Positions 7,713 through 17,596 of a DNA stretch of 23,045 nt are shown in pieces (the stretch's first letter is position 1; the number at the start of each line of letters is the position of its first letter). The notes below the pieces were generated by a model, which was given only the letters and a program-made list of their open reading frames with translations, was not told the origin of the DNA and did not search any database. The stretch comes from a bacterium (GTDB lineage: Bacteria > Electryoneota > Electryoneia > Electryoneales > Electryoneaceae), in NCBI GenBank assembly GCA_043801585.1, contig JAZDLX010000044.1, positions 1 through 23,045 on the forward strand, written 5' to 3'. A program made the translations under genes and the position numbers.

Positions 7713-8624
7713 ATGGCCACGCAGAGTAAACGTAAAAAGGCATCCGTGTCGGTGGATGTCCGGGTGCCCAGGGAAATCGCCTGGAGGGGTATTAGCGACA
7801 ACCGGGAGTTGCAGATCTGGTTTGCGCAGCAGGTCAACATTGACCTGGAAAGCAGGGACTTCAGTTTCGGTGGAAAGTATGTTCCTTTTCTCAAGTACGA
7901 CGAACGTCCCGAGAACCAGAAGCTGCTGAAGGTCGACCCCGAAGCGGGCGAACTGCATCTACAATGGCCTATCCGTCACCGAACCGGAGGCATCGTCGAA
8001 ACCGAGGTTCGCTTTCGACTGACCCAGATGGAGGGGTACAGCCGCCTCGATGTGGATCACATCCTCGGCGAAGATGATCTGAGTGACGACGACCTGCGAA
8101 ACCTGTGGGCGAATCTGCTGAACGGTTACGTTTTCCATATGGAAGGTGCGGCGGCGTGGGTGCGCCCGGAATTCACCCACCGCAAAAGCAAGGAATTCCG
8201 TCTCGATCTCTGGACCGCCGCCAAACGCGATGAGGTGTTCGACACTATTTCGACGGTGGACGGCATCCGGCAGTTTTTTGCGCCGCAGGTGATGACGATC
8301 GATCTGAAGGAAGGCGGCATTCTGGACCTCGGCGATAACAAGTTGCCGATTCTCGAGGTGGAGAAGAACGTCAAGTTCGCGTTCGGCTGGCGGGAGGTCG
8401 CCGGCGAGGTTCCGAACCTGATCGTCCGCTGGGAGTTGAAAGACGAAGGGAACGGCACCCGAATCAGCCTCACCGAAGGAACCTTCGGCGAACCGACGGT
8501 CCTTTCGGAGCGGAGCGATTATGACGGTTGGGCGGCGGTGATGAACGACCTCAAGCGCTTTCTTGAGACGAAGCGCCACCCGATTTTCCTTTCCATTCTG
8601 ATCGAACCGTACAGCGGCAAGTGA
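7713..8624 (+). CDS. Tandem SRPBCC (AHSA1/START-like) domain protein
   Basis: Two repeats of the family pattern: VPREIAWRGISD..LQIWF...VRFRL and DEVFDTIST...RQFF...FGW...VRWELKDEGNGTRISLTE...GWAAVMNDLKRFLE. ATG 7713 follows AGGGTG. Confidence 0.8.
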   Translation: MATQSKRKKASVSVDVRVPREIAWRGISDNRELQIWFAQQVNIDLESRDFSFGGKYVPFLKYDERPENQKLLKVDPEAGELHLQWPIRHRTGGIVETEVRFRLTQMEGYSRLDVDHILGEDDLSDDDLRNLWANLLNGYVFHMEGAAAWVRPEFTHRKSKEFRLDLWTAAKRDEVFDTISTVDGIRQFFAPQVMTIDLKEGGILDLGDNKLPILEVEKNVKFAFGWREVAGEVPNLIVRWELKDEGNGTRISLTEGTFGEPTVLSERSDYDGWAAVMNDLKRFLETKRHPIFLSILIEPYSGK

Positions 8625-8646
8625 GTCTTCGATCCATGCAATCTTC

Positions 8647-8673
8647 AACCCGGCATCCGCCGGGTTTTTGTTT
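8647..8673 (+). terminator. Rho-independent terminator
   Basis: AACCCGGC-atcc-GCCGGGTT followed by TTTGTTT, 22 nt after the stop codon. Confidence 0.8.
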
Positions 8674-8680
8674 GCTCTTT

Positions 8681-8709
8681 TGTCACCCCCGGTTTGACCG
8701 GGGGATCCA
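8681..8709. repeat. REP-like palindrome 1
   Basis: TGTCA-CCCCCGGT-ttg-ACCGGGGG-ATCCA. A degenerate partner TGGATTACCCG lies near 8739. Confidence 0.6.
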
Positions 8710-8772
8710 CACAAACGATCAGTCCACTCGCTCACCTCTGGATTACCCGACGAGGGTTTACTTGTTTCAAGG

Positions 8773-8800
8773 TGTCATCCTGAGCGAAGCGAAGGATCTC
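8773..8800. repeat. REP-like element 2
   Basis: TGTCATCCTGAGCGAAGCGAAGGATCTC, a widespread extragenic repeat motif. It shares TGTCAyCC...GGATC ends with element 1. Confidence 0.65.
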
Positions 8801-9116
8801 TCGACGTGATGCCCGCATGGATTATCGAGCCGCTCACAGAGAAAGATTCATTATACCGAAGGATCAACGGGTGGCCCGGCCAGCTTGATGGTTGGGTTTC
8901 TACTAACTGTTTTCTTCAATTGTTGTAGCAGGTCTCTATGCCGCCCTTGCGGCATTCACGACCTGCCACGTTTCAATGTGGATTCCGTCGGTTCACCGCT
9001 TTGCCAGGAAACCGACGGAACGCGGGAAAAGCGTGACATTTACTCTTTTTCACTCTTTTCACGTCGTACCTTTTCTGCTGAACGCAGATCCCAACGTTTC
9101 CGGATGGAGGGAGAAG

Positions 9117-10226
9117 ATGGCCCGGGAGAGCGATAAAACTGCGGTTCAATTGATCGAGCGAGTGCGAGTTCCCCTCGAAACCGAGGCGTGGCGCATGGTT
9201 CGAGAAGGCATTGTTGAACCGAATGTGCTGGACTACCTCTCCGTTCTCCACCTCGGCCTGGATCGCGGAATCCTCAGCCGGATACGCGACGATGGGATCG
9301 AGAAACGGGCACAAATCTGCCTTGAAATGTCCGAGCAGGCGTTCGGTGACAGCCGTTTTCGGCCAGTGCCCGATGTTTTCAGCCCGGACTATGAATCCAT
9401 CTGGCATTCCCTCAACGATGAAGTTCAGGCGCTAAGCGATGAGTCCGAGGCTCCAACGCCTGTGAAAGTGTTGGTTGCGGGGACGCCGCACCTGGTGACA
9501 GCGTGGCGGGATCGCATCTACGAGGCGAGCCAGGGGAAATTGGCTGCGGACACCTGGCAGCTATGGGATTTGACCTCGGTACGGGAAGAGGACCTGAAAC
9601 GGTTGCTGAAGAACGGTCCCTGGGATCTCCTGGTGGAGGTGCTCGTGGGACCGGTGGATGATCGCCGGCAGCTTCTTGAGGTGCTCGCCGGGAATATCAA
9701 TCGCGGTGGGCAGGTTTGGGTGCATACCCTGAATCTCCCCGCGACCGTGGCTGTCCAGGTAGTCCCGGAGGAACTCGTTGCCATCGGATTTGGGGGATTG
9801 CCGAACCGTTATGGCGAGCCCGTTCTCGAGCTTTCACTCCCACGCAATTCCGATGCGTCCGATCTCGTTCGTGCGGCGGATATGGCGGTTGCACTCGGGT
9901 TTTCTCCGTTCGAGGTGGCGGACGAACCCGGTGGTGTCGGGGCTCGCCTGCTGGCAACCTTGATCAACGCCTCTTCCTATCTCGTTCGCGAGGGGTATGT
10001 GGAATCCGAGGGAGCCGCCGACCGCGAAGTAAAAAAGGGATTGAACCTCGAAGAGAGTCCCTTCGTGCTGGCTGATGAAATCAACCTGGACACCGTCGAG
10101 GGGGTGATCCTTGGACTACGGGCGCATCTGGGCGAGGACCGGTACCGTCTCTGTCCGTTGCTGACAATGAGAATCGAATCAGGCGCTCTTGGCCGCGCCA
10201 CGGATGCGGGATTCTTCCTTGCGTAA
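9117..10226 (+). CDS. 3-hydroxyacyl-CoA dehydrogenase-family (PaaH-like) protein lacking the N-terminal NAD-binding domain
   Basis: Strong GGAGG RBS before ATG 9117. C-terminal 3HCDH motifs DEPGGVGARLLATLINASSYLVREG, SPFVLADEINLD, GEDRYR..PLL, GALGRATDAGFF. The N-terminus resembles a second 3HCDH C-domain. Confidence 0.7.
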   Translation: MARESDKTAVQLIERVRVPLETEAWRMVREGIVEPNVLDYLSVLHLGLDRGILSRIRDDGIEKRAQICLEMSEQAFGDSRFRPVPDVFSPDYESIWHSLNDEVQALSDESEAPTPVKVLVAGTPHLVTAWRDRIYEASQGKLAADTWQLWDLTSVREEDLKRLLKNGPWDLLVEVLVGPVDDRRQLLEVLAGNINRGGQVWVHTLNLPATVAVQVVPEELVAIGFGGLPNRYGEPVLELSLPRNSDASDLVRAADMAVALGFSPFEVADEPGGVGARLLATLINASSYLVREGYVESEGAADREVKKGLNLEESPFVLADEINLDTVEGVILGLRAHLGEDRYRLCPLLTMRIESGALGRATDAGFFLA

Positions 10227-10271
10227 CGAGTGATCTAAATGTGATAATTGTACCAGGTACATTTTTCATGC

Positions 10272-10305
10272 ATAAAACAACCCCGGAGCCTGACGGCTCC
10301 GGGGT
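10272..10305 (-). terminator. Terminator between convergent genes
   Basis: ACCCCGGAGCC-tgac-GGCTCCGGGGT (11-bp stem) followed by TGTTTTAT on the minus strand. Confidence 0.8.
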
Positions 10306-10329
10306 GATGTATCTGCAGGCATGACAGTG

Positions 10330-11766
10330 CTATCTCTGCTGTACCCTTCGGCGCATCACCGGCGATTCCAGCGATTTGTTGGATCCGAAGTAGCAGACGG
10401 TGTTCATCGCCATGTAGAGTCCGTTTGCGCTGTTCAGGAATCCACGTTCCCAGGCCCAGCCGACGTCTGTGTGCAGGAATCCCAGACGCAGTCCGAATCC
10501 GACACCATAGGAAAAGCCGCCACGTCCACCAATGGAGGCGCCCAGCCGCAGGGGCAGCACGGGGATGCCGGTGTATTCCATGCCAATGCCCGCGCGAACC
10601 GTTTTCGATCCGCCCACCGCGTTATTCAGACCTACCCGGAAGTTGCCGGAGAGGGTAAGGCTCTTGCCGACCCTATAGCCGCCGTTCAGGTGAAGGACTG
10701 TGGGGAGGTGCACATCCACTGCGCCGTAATCATCCGACAACGAATCGACCGTGGTGAAATTGTCCTCGATGAAGCTCTGGGGGTTCGTCAGGCTGCCGTT
10801 GAGCGGCAGCGGGCTGTCGGTATTGAAGCTGTAAACGCGCAACTGCGATTGCGTATAACGAATGGTGTTCAACAGGTTGATCACGCTGATTCCAACGGTT
10901 CCCCGGCCGTCCAGGATTTTCATTCCGACGCCGAGGTCCAGTCCGACACCCGTTCCATTGAAGTAGTTGGAGTTGACGCTGTCGCCGATGCCGGTGACTC
11001 CGGCATTGACGACCTTTACGAGGCCGTTGCTCTCAAACGTGCCGATATCTGTCAGCATGGTCATGTCACTCTGGATGACATCGAAATATCCATGACCGAG
11101 CAGATAGCTTGCGGTGAAACCAAAGGTGACCTCGTCAATCCAGTCTACGTCCTCGAAGGCCGTTTCGAAGTTGCGGGCGAAGGTGAATCCGATCCGGGAC
11201 GCAGCCTGTCCGCGCAATCCGGTGTCGGAGAAATCGCGCAACTTGCCCAGGTTGTCGATCCCGTTGCCGTTCAACGCGACATCCAGGAATTCCTTGGAGA
11301 ACCGCCAGTCGGAAGAGACCCCAACGTCATAGCTGATCGCCAACATCGCGAATCTGGTCTGCATGCTTAATTCGAACACGGGAAGGTAGAAATCGATGTA
11401 GAAATCCCAGGCGTCCCCGACGACGGCGTTGAGGATATCCTGCTTGTCCTGGGCGGTCCAGTACTGCCCGTTGGTGAAATAGGTGTTGACTTGATCCAGC
11501 GAAAGGAAGTCGTTCGAGAGGCGCATCCCCAGGTTGGGAGTCAAGCCGGGAAGGACAAGGGAGAAGCCCGGATTGTCGCGGAAGGCAAGGAATGCAGGGT
11601 TCCATCCGATGGTTTCAACACCCCGGAACAGAGACGCAGCCGCACCGCCCATGGCCAGTTGGCGGGCGTGCACCTGGTTGAAGGCCGAGGCATCCGTCAC
11701 CGGAAGCAGGGCCAGCGTCAGCACCAGGACAACGGCCGACGTTTTGCGAATAAAGTTGCGAATCAT
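10330..11766 (-). CDS. Outer-membrane beta-barrel protein (DUF5723/FadL-PorV-like)
   Basis: Signal peptide ending ASA; ARQLAMGGA...WNPAFLA plug motif; amphipathic strands GVGLDLGV, RAGIGMEY, LPLRLG. AGGAGG RBS before ATG 11766 (alternative start 11781 overlaps the upstream stop). Confidence 0.75.
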   Translation of the reverse strand: MIRNFIRKTSAVVLVLTLALLPVTDASAFNQVHARQLAMGGAAASLFRGVETIGWNPAFLAFRDNPGFSLVLPGLTPNLGMRLSNDFLSLDQVNTYFTNGQYWTAQDKQDILNAVVGDAWDFYIDFYLPVFELSMQTRFAMLAISYDVGVSSDWRFSKEFLDVALNGNGIDNLGKLRDFSDTGLRGQAASRIGFTFARNFETAFEDVDWIDEVTFGFTASYLLGHGYFDVIQSDMTMLTDIGTFESNGLVKVVNAGVTGIGDSVNSNYFNGTGVGLDLGVGMKILDGRGTVGISVINLLNTIRYTQSQLRVYSFNTDSPLPLNGSLTNPQSFIEDNFTTVDSLSDDYGAVDVHLPTVLHLNGGYRVGKSLTLSGNFRVGLNNAVGGSKTVRAGIGMEYTGIPVLPLRLGASIGGRGGFSYGVGFGLRLGFLHTDVGWAWERGFLNSANGLYMAMNTVCYFGSNKSLESPVMRRRVQQR

Positions 11767-11777
11767 CGTCGACCTCC

Positions 11778-13946
11778 TCATGGTGCTGTATCTTCTTCGT
11801 TCACTGCCAGCGTCGCCTGGGCGAGTACCGTGACCAAAATGGCATCGTCGGGGTACATTGTCACCGGCACGATGTTGCCGCTGAGATCGATCGTCGGGTA
11901 CAGGACAAGCACCTGTCGCACCCAGACGTTTTCCTGTTTAAAAACTGTCAGTTTGTCTTCTGGAATGAACGTTGTCAGCGAGTCCGACGCGGGAGCCACC
12001 GGACGTCCCTGGGCATTGACCTCGGGAACCGGAATGTCCAGCGGAGTCATCACTCCGTATTGATCGTAGTTCGTCCGGACGAGTGCGGTTCGCGCCTCCT
12101 CTTCGGTGTCAAACGATCCCGCCATCAGGTAAATGACACCGTTGACCGGTACTTCGTTGACGATGTACGTGATCAGTGTGAAACTCCTTAGTGGAGCGTT
12201 AAGCGGCTGCTGCATCTGTGTCGGTACGGGGCGCAGCGCGGTCGTGTCATTGATGACGAGCGAAAAGGGCGAGATGATCTCGATGAAGCCCGAAACGGAA
12301 TCGTTCGCAGTGACGGTGCGTGCGACATAGGGTGGCGATGGCTGGAAGTAATCCCGCCCGGTTTGCACCGTCACGGAGAAGTCGATCTGGTCGGGCAGAA
12401 TGTTGATCAGGTTTTCCAGGTTTGGAATGGTCAGGATGGAAATGCCGGATTCGAGGGTGCCCTGGAATACCTGGTTGCTTTGATCGAAGGGCGCCGCGGC
12501 CTGCGAGTTGTACGCCGTCATGTTCAATGTCAACAGGGCGGGAACGTCGAAGGTGTTGTTCAGGTGTACATCCACGTGGACGTCGTTGAGCAGCATCTTG
12601 CCGACAAGATCCTGCTGGAGGTCGGTCTGGTCGCCGAAGATGTTCAGCTCCTGGGTCTGCTGGCCGACGACAAAACTAATGTCCTTGGGCACTCCGGAAA
12701 AGCTGCTGAACTTCAACTTGCCGGTATAATACTTTGTCATCACCGAATCACCGGTGCGAACGGCAGAGTAGGTATGGGGCGGCGATCCGAGAATGATGAC
12801 GGACGTACGGGCGCTCAAGCCCTGGGTGTCGCTCTCGTCAGTGGGCATTGGAAGCACAAGTTCATAATCAGCCAGATCGAAGCTGTCGACAAAGGCGCTG
12901 TTCGCCTCCAGCAACAACGGGAAATCCAACGTGTCGCCGCCTGTAATGTTGATGAAATCCAGGAATGTCACGATTACCGAATCGGCCACGTCAGTCTGGT
13001 TCAGCACCTGGAAGTACATGTACCCGCTGTCGATGACGGCGGAGGTGATCCAGTCTTCCTGGTTGAGTTCAAGCTTGAAAGATTCGGCGACAACCTCCTG
13101 GCGGGGCAATATCGCTTCAGCGATATCGACTTTCATTTCGCTGATTGAGATGGCGAACCGGAGTTGGTCGTTTTCGGTCAGCGTCGTGTTTGCCGCTCCG
13201 GGGCTCGATCCCTGAACCTCGAAACGGATGTTTGCGGTGAGCCATTCGTCTGAGAGATCGAGGGTGGCGGGCAAGTCGCTGCTGTGAGCGGGAACCGATC
13301 CATAGGGTATCGGACCGCCGAGGGCTTCCCATGAACTGTCAACGTTCTGTTTTTCGATGACGAGGGTAATATCATCCCAGGGGAGGCCCGTATCGTTCCG
13401 GAAGGAAATCTCGAGTTGCCCGCCGCCGGGAGTCACGATGTGCACCTGGCCCAGCGAGTCGAAACCGGAGAAGGTCACATATTCGGTGGCGGGTGGAATC
13501 GTGAAGGAGGCGACGGGACCCGTATAACCGCCCGAAGGAATTCCGCCCGGCAGGAGCGTTCCCAGCAGAATCCCGTTCTGCCGTTCGCTTTGTGCCGGGA
13601 TGAAAATGGTATCCGTTTCGACAACAAAGGAGTCTTCCGTTTCCGGCTGAAACGCAAGGTCCTCGACATTGATGCGCGTTGTCGGTATCGAGTCCGTGAA
13701 CCAGAATGACAGTTCCCCGTTTCCGCCGACGATAATTCCACTCATGTTTGAATCGATTTCAGCGGGTTTCGAAACAAGGCTGTCGAGTCCGTAGCGCTGA
13801 GAGCTGAAGGGTACGGCGAAGGGGACGTCCCAACGGGGCATGCCCGGATCGGTGGGCAGGGCGCAGTGCAGGGTCGTCAGGCCAAGCGCAGCGGCGAGCA
13901 GCACCATCGTCCAGCGGATCGATCGGGTGCGGCTGTGGGTCTGCAT
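11778..13946 (-). CDS. Large hypothetical exported protein, probable lipoprotein, beta-rich with about four repeated modules
   Basis: Basic N-terminus, hydrophobic stretch and Cys28 (atypical lipobox TLHC). GAGGAG RBS. Acidic, beta-strand-rich sequence. Confidence 0.7.
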   Translation of the reverse strand: MQTHSRTRSIRWTMVLLAAALGLTTLHCALPTDPGMPRWDVPFAVPFSSQRYGLDSLVSKPAEIDSNMSGIIVGGNGELSFWFTDSIPTTRINVEDLAFQPETEDSFVVETDTIFIPAQSERQNGILLGTLLPGGIPSGGYTGPVASFTIPPATEYVTFSGFDSLGQVHIVTPGGGQLEISFRNDTGLPWDDITLVIEKQNVDSSWEALGGPIPYGSVPAHSSDLPATLDLSDEWLTANIRFEVQGSSPGAANTTLTENDQLRFAISISEMKVDIAEAILPRQEVVAESFKLELNQEDWITSAVIDSGYMYFQVLNQTDVADSVIVTFLDFINITGGDTLDFPLLLEANSAFVDSFDLADYELVLPMPTDESDTQGLSARTSVIILGSPPHTYSAVRTGDSVMTKYYTGKLKFSSFSGVPKDISFVVGQQTQELNIFGDQTDLQQDLVGKMLLNDVHVDVHLNNTFDVPALLTLNMTAYNSQAAAPFDQSNQVFQGTLESGISILTIPNLENLINILPDQIDFSVTVQTGRDYFQPSPPYVARTVTANDSVSGFIEIISPFSLVINDTTALRPVPTQMQQPLNAPLRSFTLITYIVNEVPVNGVIYLMAGSFDTEEEARTALVRTNYDQYGVMTPLDIPVPEVNAQGRPVAPASDSLTTFIPEDKLTVFKQENVWVRQVLVLYPTIDLSGNIVPVTMYPDDAILVTVLAQATLAVNEEDTAP

Positions 13947-13989
13947 GAAACTCTCCTCAGTGCTGGAAATCGTTTGCGAAAAAGTTGCT

Positions 13990-14023
13990 CAATACAAACG
14001 CCGGGGAAACCTCACCCGGCGTT
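13990..14023 (-). terminator. Terminator after ahcY
   Basis: AACGCCGGG-N9-CCCGGCGTT followed on the minus strand by TGTATTG. Confidence 0.6.
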
Positions 14024-14048
14024 GCTGTTCACTCGGGTTCGATCCAGA

Positions 14049-15317
14049 TCAGGTGCCCTCAGTCCAATCGGACAGATAACTGATCTGCTCTTTTGTCAAC
14101 TCGTCGATGCGCAGGTTCATCGATTTGAGCTTCATCATGCCGACCTTCTCTTCGATGTCTGTCGGCGGATCGTAAACTTTGTTCTCAAGCTCCTTGCCGT
14201 GTTTCGCCATATAAACCGAGGCGAGGGCCTGCGTGGCAAAGCTCATGTCCATCACGGATGCCGGATGGCCTTCCGCAGCCGCAAGGTTGATCAGACGTCC
14301 CTCGGCCAGCAGGTGAAGACGATGACCGTTGGGCATCACATATTCATCGACGTTGTTTCGTACCCCGCGATTCACCTGCTTCGCCAGCTTGCTCATCGCC
14401 GGGATGTCGATCTCGACGTCAAAATGTCCGCTGTTCGCGATGATGGCGCCATCTTTCATCTTCTTGAAATGCTCCTTGCGGATCACGTGCTTGTTCCCCG
14501 TCAAGGTGCAGAAGATGTCGCCGATGGACGCCGCTTCATCCATGGGCATGACACGGAAGCCGTCCATCGCCGCTTCGAGCGCCTTGATCGGATCGATCTC
14601 TGTGACGATGACGTTCGATCCCATGCCATGGCAACGGTTCGCGAAACCGCGCCCGCACCAGCCATAGCCCGCGACGATCACTGTTTTTCCCGCCAGCAGA
14701 ACATCCGTGGCGCGAATGATGCCGTCCACGGTGGACTGACCCGTGCCGTACCTGTTATCAAACATGTTTTTCGTCTTCGCGTCGTTGACGGCGATCACAG
14801 GAAGCTTTAAAGCGCCTCCCTTTTCCATCGCCCGAAGACGGATCACTCCTGTGGTCGTTTCTTCCATGGAACCAATGACTTGCGGAAGATATTCCGTGTA
14901 TTTGTCGTGGAGCAGGGTAACCAGATCGCAACCGTCGTCCATCGTGATCTGGGGTTTATGCCCAGCCGCAGCCGTCAGATGGCGGTAGTACCCCTGGTTG
15001 TCGATCCCGCGGATGGCATAGACACGGATGTCGAAATCACGGACGAGGCTCGCCGCGACATCATCCTGGGTGGAAAGGGGGTTGGAGGCGCAGAGAACAA
15101 CTTCCGCACCACCCGCCTGCAAAGCTCGAACGAGGTTCGCCGTTTCTGCCGTCACATGGAGGCAGGCGCTCATCCGCATGCCTTTCAATGGCTGATTCTT
15201 GCGGAATTCCTCACGGATCTGTTGCAGGACAGGCATGTCGTTATCCGCCCAGCGGATTCGGCGAAGTCCCTCATCGGCGAGGTTTAAGTCTTTGACATCA
15301 CAATGATTCGGGTTCAC
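14049..15317 (-). CDS. ahcY: Adenosylhomocysteinase (short form)
   Basis: [67 protein letters not shown] start with GGAG RBS. Confidence 0.97.
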   Translation of the reverse strand: MNPNHCDVKDLNLADEGLRRIRWADNDMPVLQQIREEFRKNQPLKGMRMSACLHVTAETANLVRALQAGGAEVVLCASNPLSTQDDVAASLVRDFDIRVYAIRGIDNQGYYRHLTAAAGHKPQITMDDGCDLVTLLHDKYTEYLPQVIGSMEETTTGVIRLRAMEKGGALKLPVIAVNDAKTKNMFDNRYGTGQSTVDGIIRATDVLLAGKTVIVAGYGWCGRGFANRCHGMGSNVIVTEIDPIKALEAAMDGFRVMPMDEAASIGDIFCTLTGNKHVIRKEHFKKMKDGAIIANSGHFDVEIDIPAMSKLAKQVNRGVRNNVDEYVMPNGHRLHLLAEGRLINLAAAEGHPASVMDMSFATQALASVYMAKHGKELENKVYDPPTDIEEKVGMMKLKSMNLRIDELTKEQISYLSDWTEGT

Positions 15318-15345
15318 GGATTCTCTCCAGTTGCAGGTTCAGGGA

Positions 15346-16485
15346 TTACGCTTTCTTTGCCAGTTCCTTGGCCAATTCGTCCGTTTTCTCCCATGAGAAA
15401 CCTTCTTCCACACGGCCATAATGGCCGTACGCAGCGGTGCGGCGATAGATCGGCTTGCGAAGATCGAGCGCGTCGATAATCCCGCCGGGAGTCCAGTTCA
15501 TCGTTTCTCGCAGTATGGTGGCGATCTGCGAGTCGGGGATTTTACCCGTGCCTTCCGTATCGACGAGCAGGCTGACCGGTTCCGCGACGCCAATCGCATA
15601 GGCGACCTGAATCTTGCACCGTTCCGCAAGTCCTGATGCTACAACGTTTTTCGCGGCGAAACGGGCGAAGTAGGCAGCCGAGCGATCCACTTTCGTCGGA
15701 TCTTTGCCACTGAACGCGCCTCCACCATGGGGAGCCCAGCCGCCATAGGTGTCGACGATGATTTTCCGGCCGGTGAGGCCTGTATCCGCCTGCGGTCCGC
15801 CCAGAACGAAGCGGCCCGTCGGATTGATATGGAGGGTGATCGAATCGTCATACATCCCTTTTGGCAGGGACGGTTCGATCACCTCTTTCCAGACCTCGTC
15901 CCGGATCCGATCAAGGGTTACATCGGGGGAGTGTTGTGTAGAAATAACAACGTTTTCCACTCTGATTGGCTTGTTGTCCTGGTAACGGACTGAAACCTGG
16001 CTTTTGCCATCCGGACGCAGCCATTTCACCTTGCCGGACTTCCGAACCTCCGCCAGCTTGCGCGTCAGCCGGTGGGCAAGGGTGATAGGGAGTGGCATCA
16101 GGACATCGGTGTCCTTGCACGCATACCCGAACATCATTCCCTGATCCCCGGCGCCGGCACGATCGACGCCCATGGCGATGTCAGAGGATTGCTGGTTGAT
16201 GCTGGTCAGCACGCTGCACGTATTGGCATCGAATCCAATGTTGCTGTTGACGTAGCCAATGTCGCGCACGACTTCGCGGGCAATCGAGGGGATGTCCACG
16301 TAGGTGGTCGTGGTGATTTCACCGCCGACAAGCACAAGGCCTGTATTTACAAATGTTTCGCAGGCGACACGGCCGAAGGGGTCTTCGGTGAGAATTGCGT
16401 CGAGCACTGCGTCACTGATCTGATCGGCCACCTTGTCGGGATGACCTTCCGTCACCGATTCGCTGGTGAACAAGAATTCGTTCAT
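15346..16485 (-). CDS. metK: S-adenosylmethionine synthetase
   Basis: [57 protein letters not shown]. Confidence 0.98.
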   Translation of the reverse strand: MNEFLFTSESVTEGHPDKVADQISDAVLDAILTEDPFGRVACETFVNTGLVLVGGEITTTTYVDIPSIAREVVRDIGYVNSNIGFDANTCSVLTSINQQSSDIAMGVDRAGAGDQGMMFGYACKDTDVLMPLPITLAHRLTRKLAEVRKSGKVKWLRPDGKSQVSVRYQDNKPIRVENVVISTQHSPDVTLDRIRDEVWKEVIEPSLPKGMYDDSITLHINPTGRFVLGGPQADTGLTGRKIIVDTYGGWAPHGGGAFSGKDPTKVDRSAAYFARFAAKNVVASGLAERCKIQVAYAIGVAEPVSLLVDTEGTGKIPDSQIATILRETMNWTPGGIIDALDLRKPIYRRTAAYGHYGRVEEGFSWEKTDELAKELAKKA

Positions 16486-16535
16486 CGTTCTTTTTCTCTC
16501 CCTGATTGTATGGGAATTCGTTGCGTAACGTTCGA

Positions 16536-17531
16536 TCAGGATCGATCCATGCTGGCGTAATCTCCGAGCAGGAACGCTTCACCGCCGCGGCGCATCTCCA
16601 CCTGGCGTCCTAACGCAGCGCCGTCCAGGTGAACGCCTTCTAGAACCGATTCTTCGTCGATGATGCTGTTGCGGATGATGGAGCGGTTCAGTTTCGTATT
16701 GGCGCCCACGTGGACGTAGGGTCCGATGATGCAGTTTTCGATCTCCGCCTTGTCATCAATTGAGACAGGCTCGATAATGATGTTGTTTTTCTTGAACTTT
16801 GCTGCAACATTGCGAAGTTCTGGTTTTGAGTCGAGGAGAATGCGATTGGTTTCAATGAGGGTCGAGGGAACGCCGCAATCGTACCATCCTTCAAGCTCGA
16901 TCGCACGGAACACCTCACCGTCCTTGATCATTTTGTGCAGGGCGTCGGTGATCTGAAACTCTCCGTGGGTCTTGATGTCGTTCTGGACGATGTGACGAAT
17001 CGCTGCGAGCAGCACCTGGGCGTCTGGGACGTAATAGACACCGGCGAGGGCAAGGTTGCTGGCGGGTTTTTCCGGCTTTTCCTCGAGATACGTGATCACC
17101 CCGTTTTCGACCTTGGCAATGCCCAGCCTTCTTGGATCGTTCACCTGGACAAGACCAAGAGCGGCGGTGTCGCCCATAAACGCACCAATATCTCCGCGGT
17201 AAAGAGTATCGCCAAGAATGATAAGAGTTTGCCTGTCATCTTCATGGATCGCTCGACCGATAGCGTGTCCCAGTCCGAGCCTCTGTTCCTGCTCGACAAA
17301 GCGGAAATTGACCTTGGGAAATGCCTCACGGCAATACTCGATGACCGATTCGCCGAAATATCCGATGACAACGGTAATATCCTGGATGCCGATTCGAACG
17401 AGGTCAGCGATGATATGCCCGATGATCGGTCGGCCGGCGAGGGGAAGGAGAACCTTTGGACGGGCCAGCGTCAGGGGACGCATGCGTTTTCCGATTCCCG
17501 CGGCTGGGATAATCGCTCGGATGTCGGCCAT
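16536..17531 (-). CDS. Sugar-1-phosphate nucleotidyltransferase (long form with C-terminal hexapeptide repeats)
   Basis: [15 protein letters not shown]...[30 protein letters not shown]. Substrate specificity cannot be determined. Confidence 0.88.
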   Translation of the reverse strand: MADIRAIIPAAGIGKRMRPLTLARPKVLLPLAGRPIIGHIIADLVRIGIQDITVVIGYFGESVIEYCREAFPKVNFRFVEQEQRLGLGHAIGRAIHEDDRQTLIILGDTLYRGDIGAFMGDTAALGLVQVNDPRRLGIAKVENGVITYLEEKPEKPASNLALAGVYYVPDAQVLLAAIRHIVQNDIKTHGEFQITDALHKMIKDGEVFRAIELEGWYDCGVPSTLIETNRILLDSKPELRNVAAKFKKNNIIIEPVSIDDKAEIENCIIGPYVHVGANTKLNRSIIRNSIIDEESVLEGVHLDGAALGRQVEMRRGGEAFLLGDYASMDRS

Positions 17532-17571
17532 AGTCAGGATTCCGTTTCAGGTTCAATCTGGACGCAAGCTG

Positions 17572-17596
17572 GGATTGTGCGGAAGGTACACAATCC
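17572..17596 (-). promoter_or_regulatory. Inverted repeat flanking a possible -10 box
   Basis: GGATTGTG-N9-CACAATCC. The spacer holds minus-strand TACCTT about 50 nt upstream of ATG 17531. Confidence 0.35.

Noticed and set aside
10321..11370. Long antisense ORFs (also 2582-3406, 7959-8735, 12363-13148, 13866-14810 and 17218-18612)
   Set aside because: Shadow frames opposite well-supported genes in GC-rich DNA, with no recognisable motifs.
15318..16535. SAM or SAH riboswitch upstream of metK or ahcY
   Set aside because: The intergenic gaps are only 50 and 28 nt and lack the consensus sequences.
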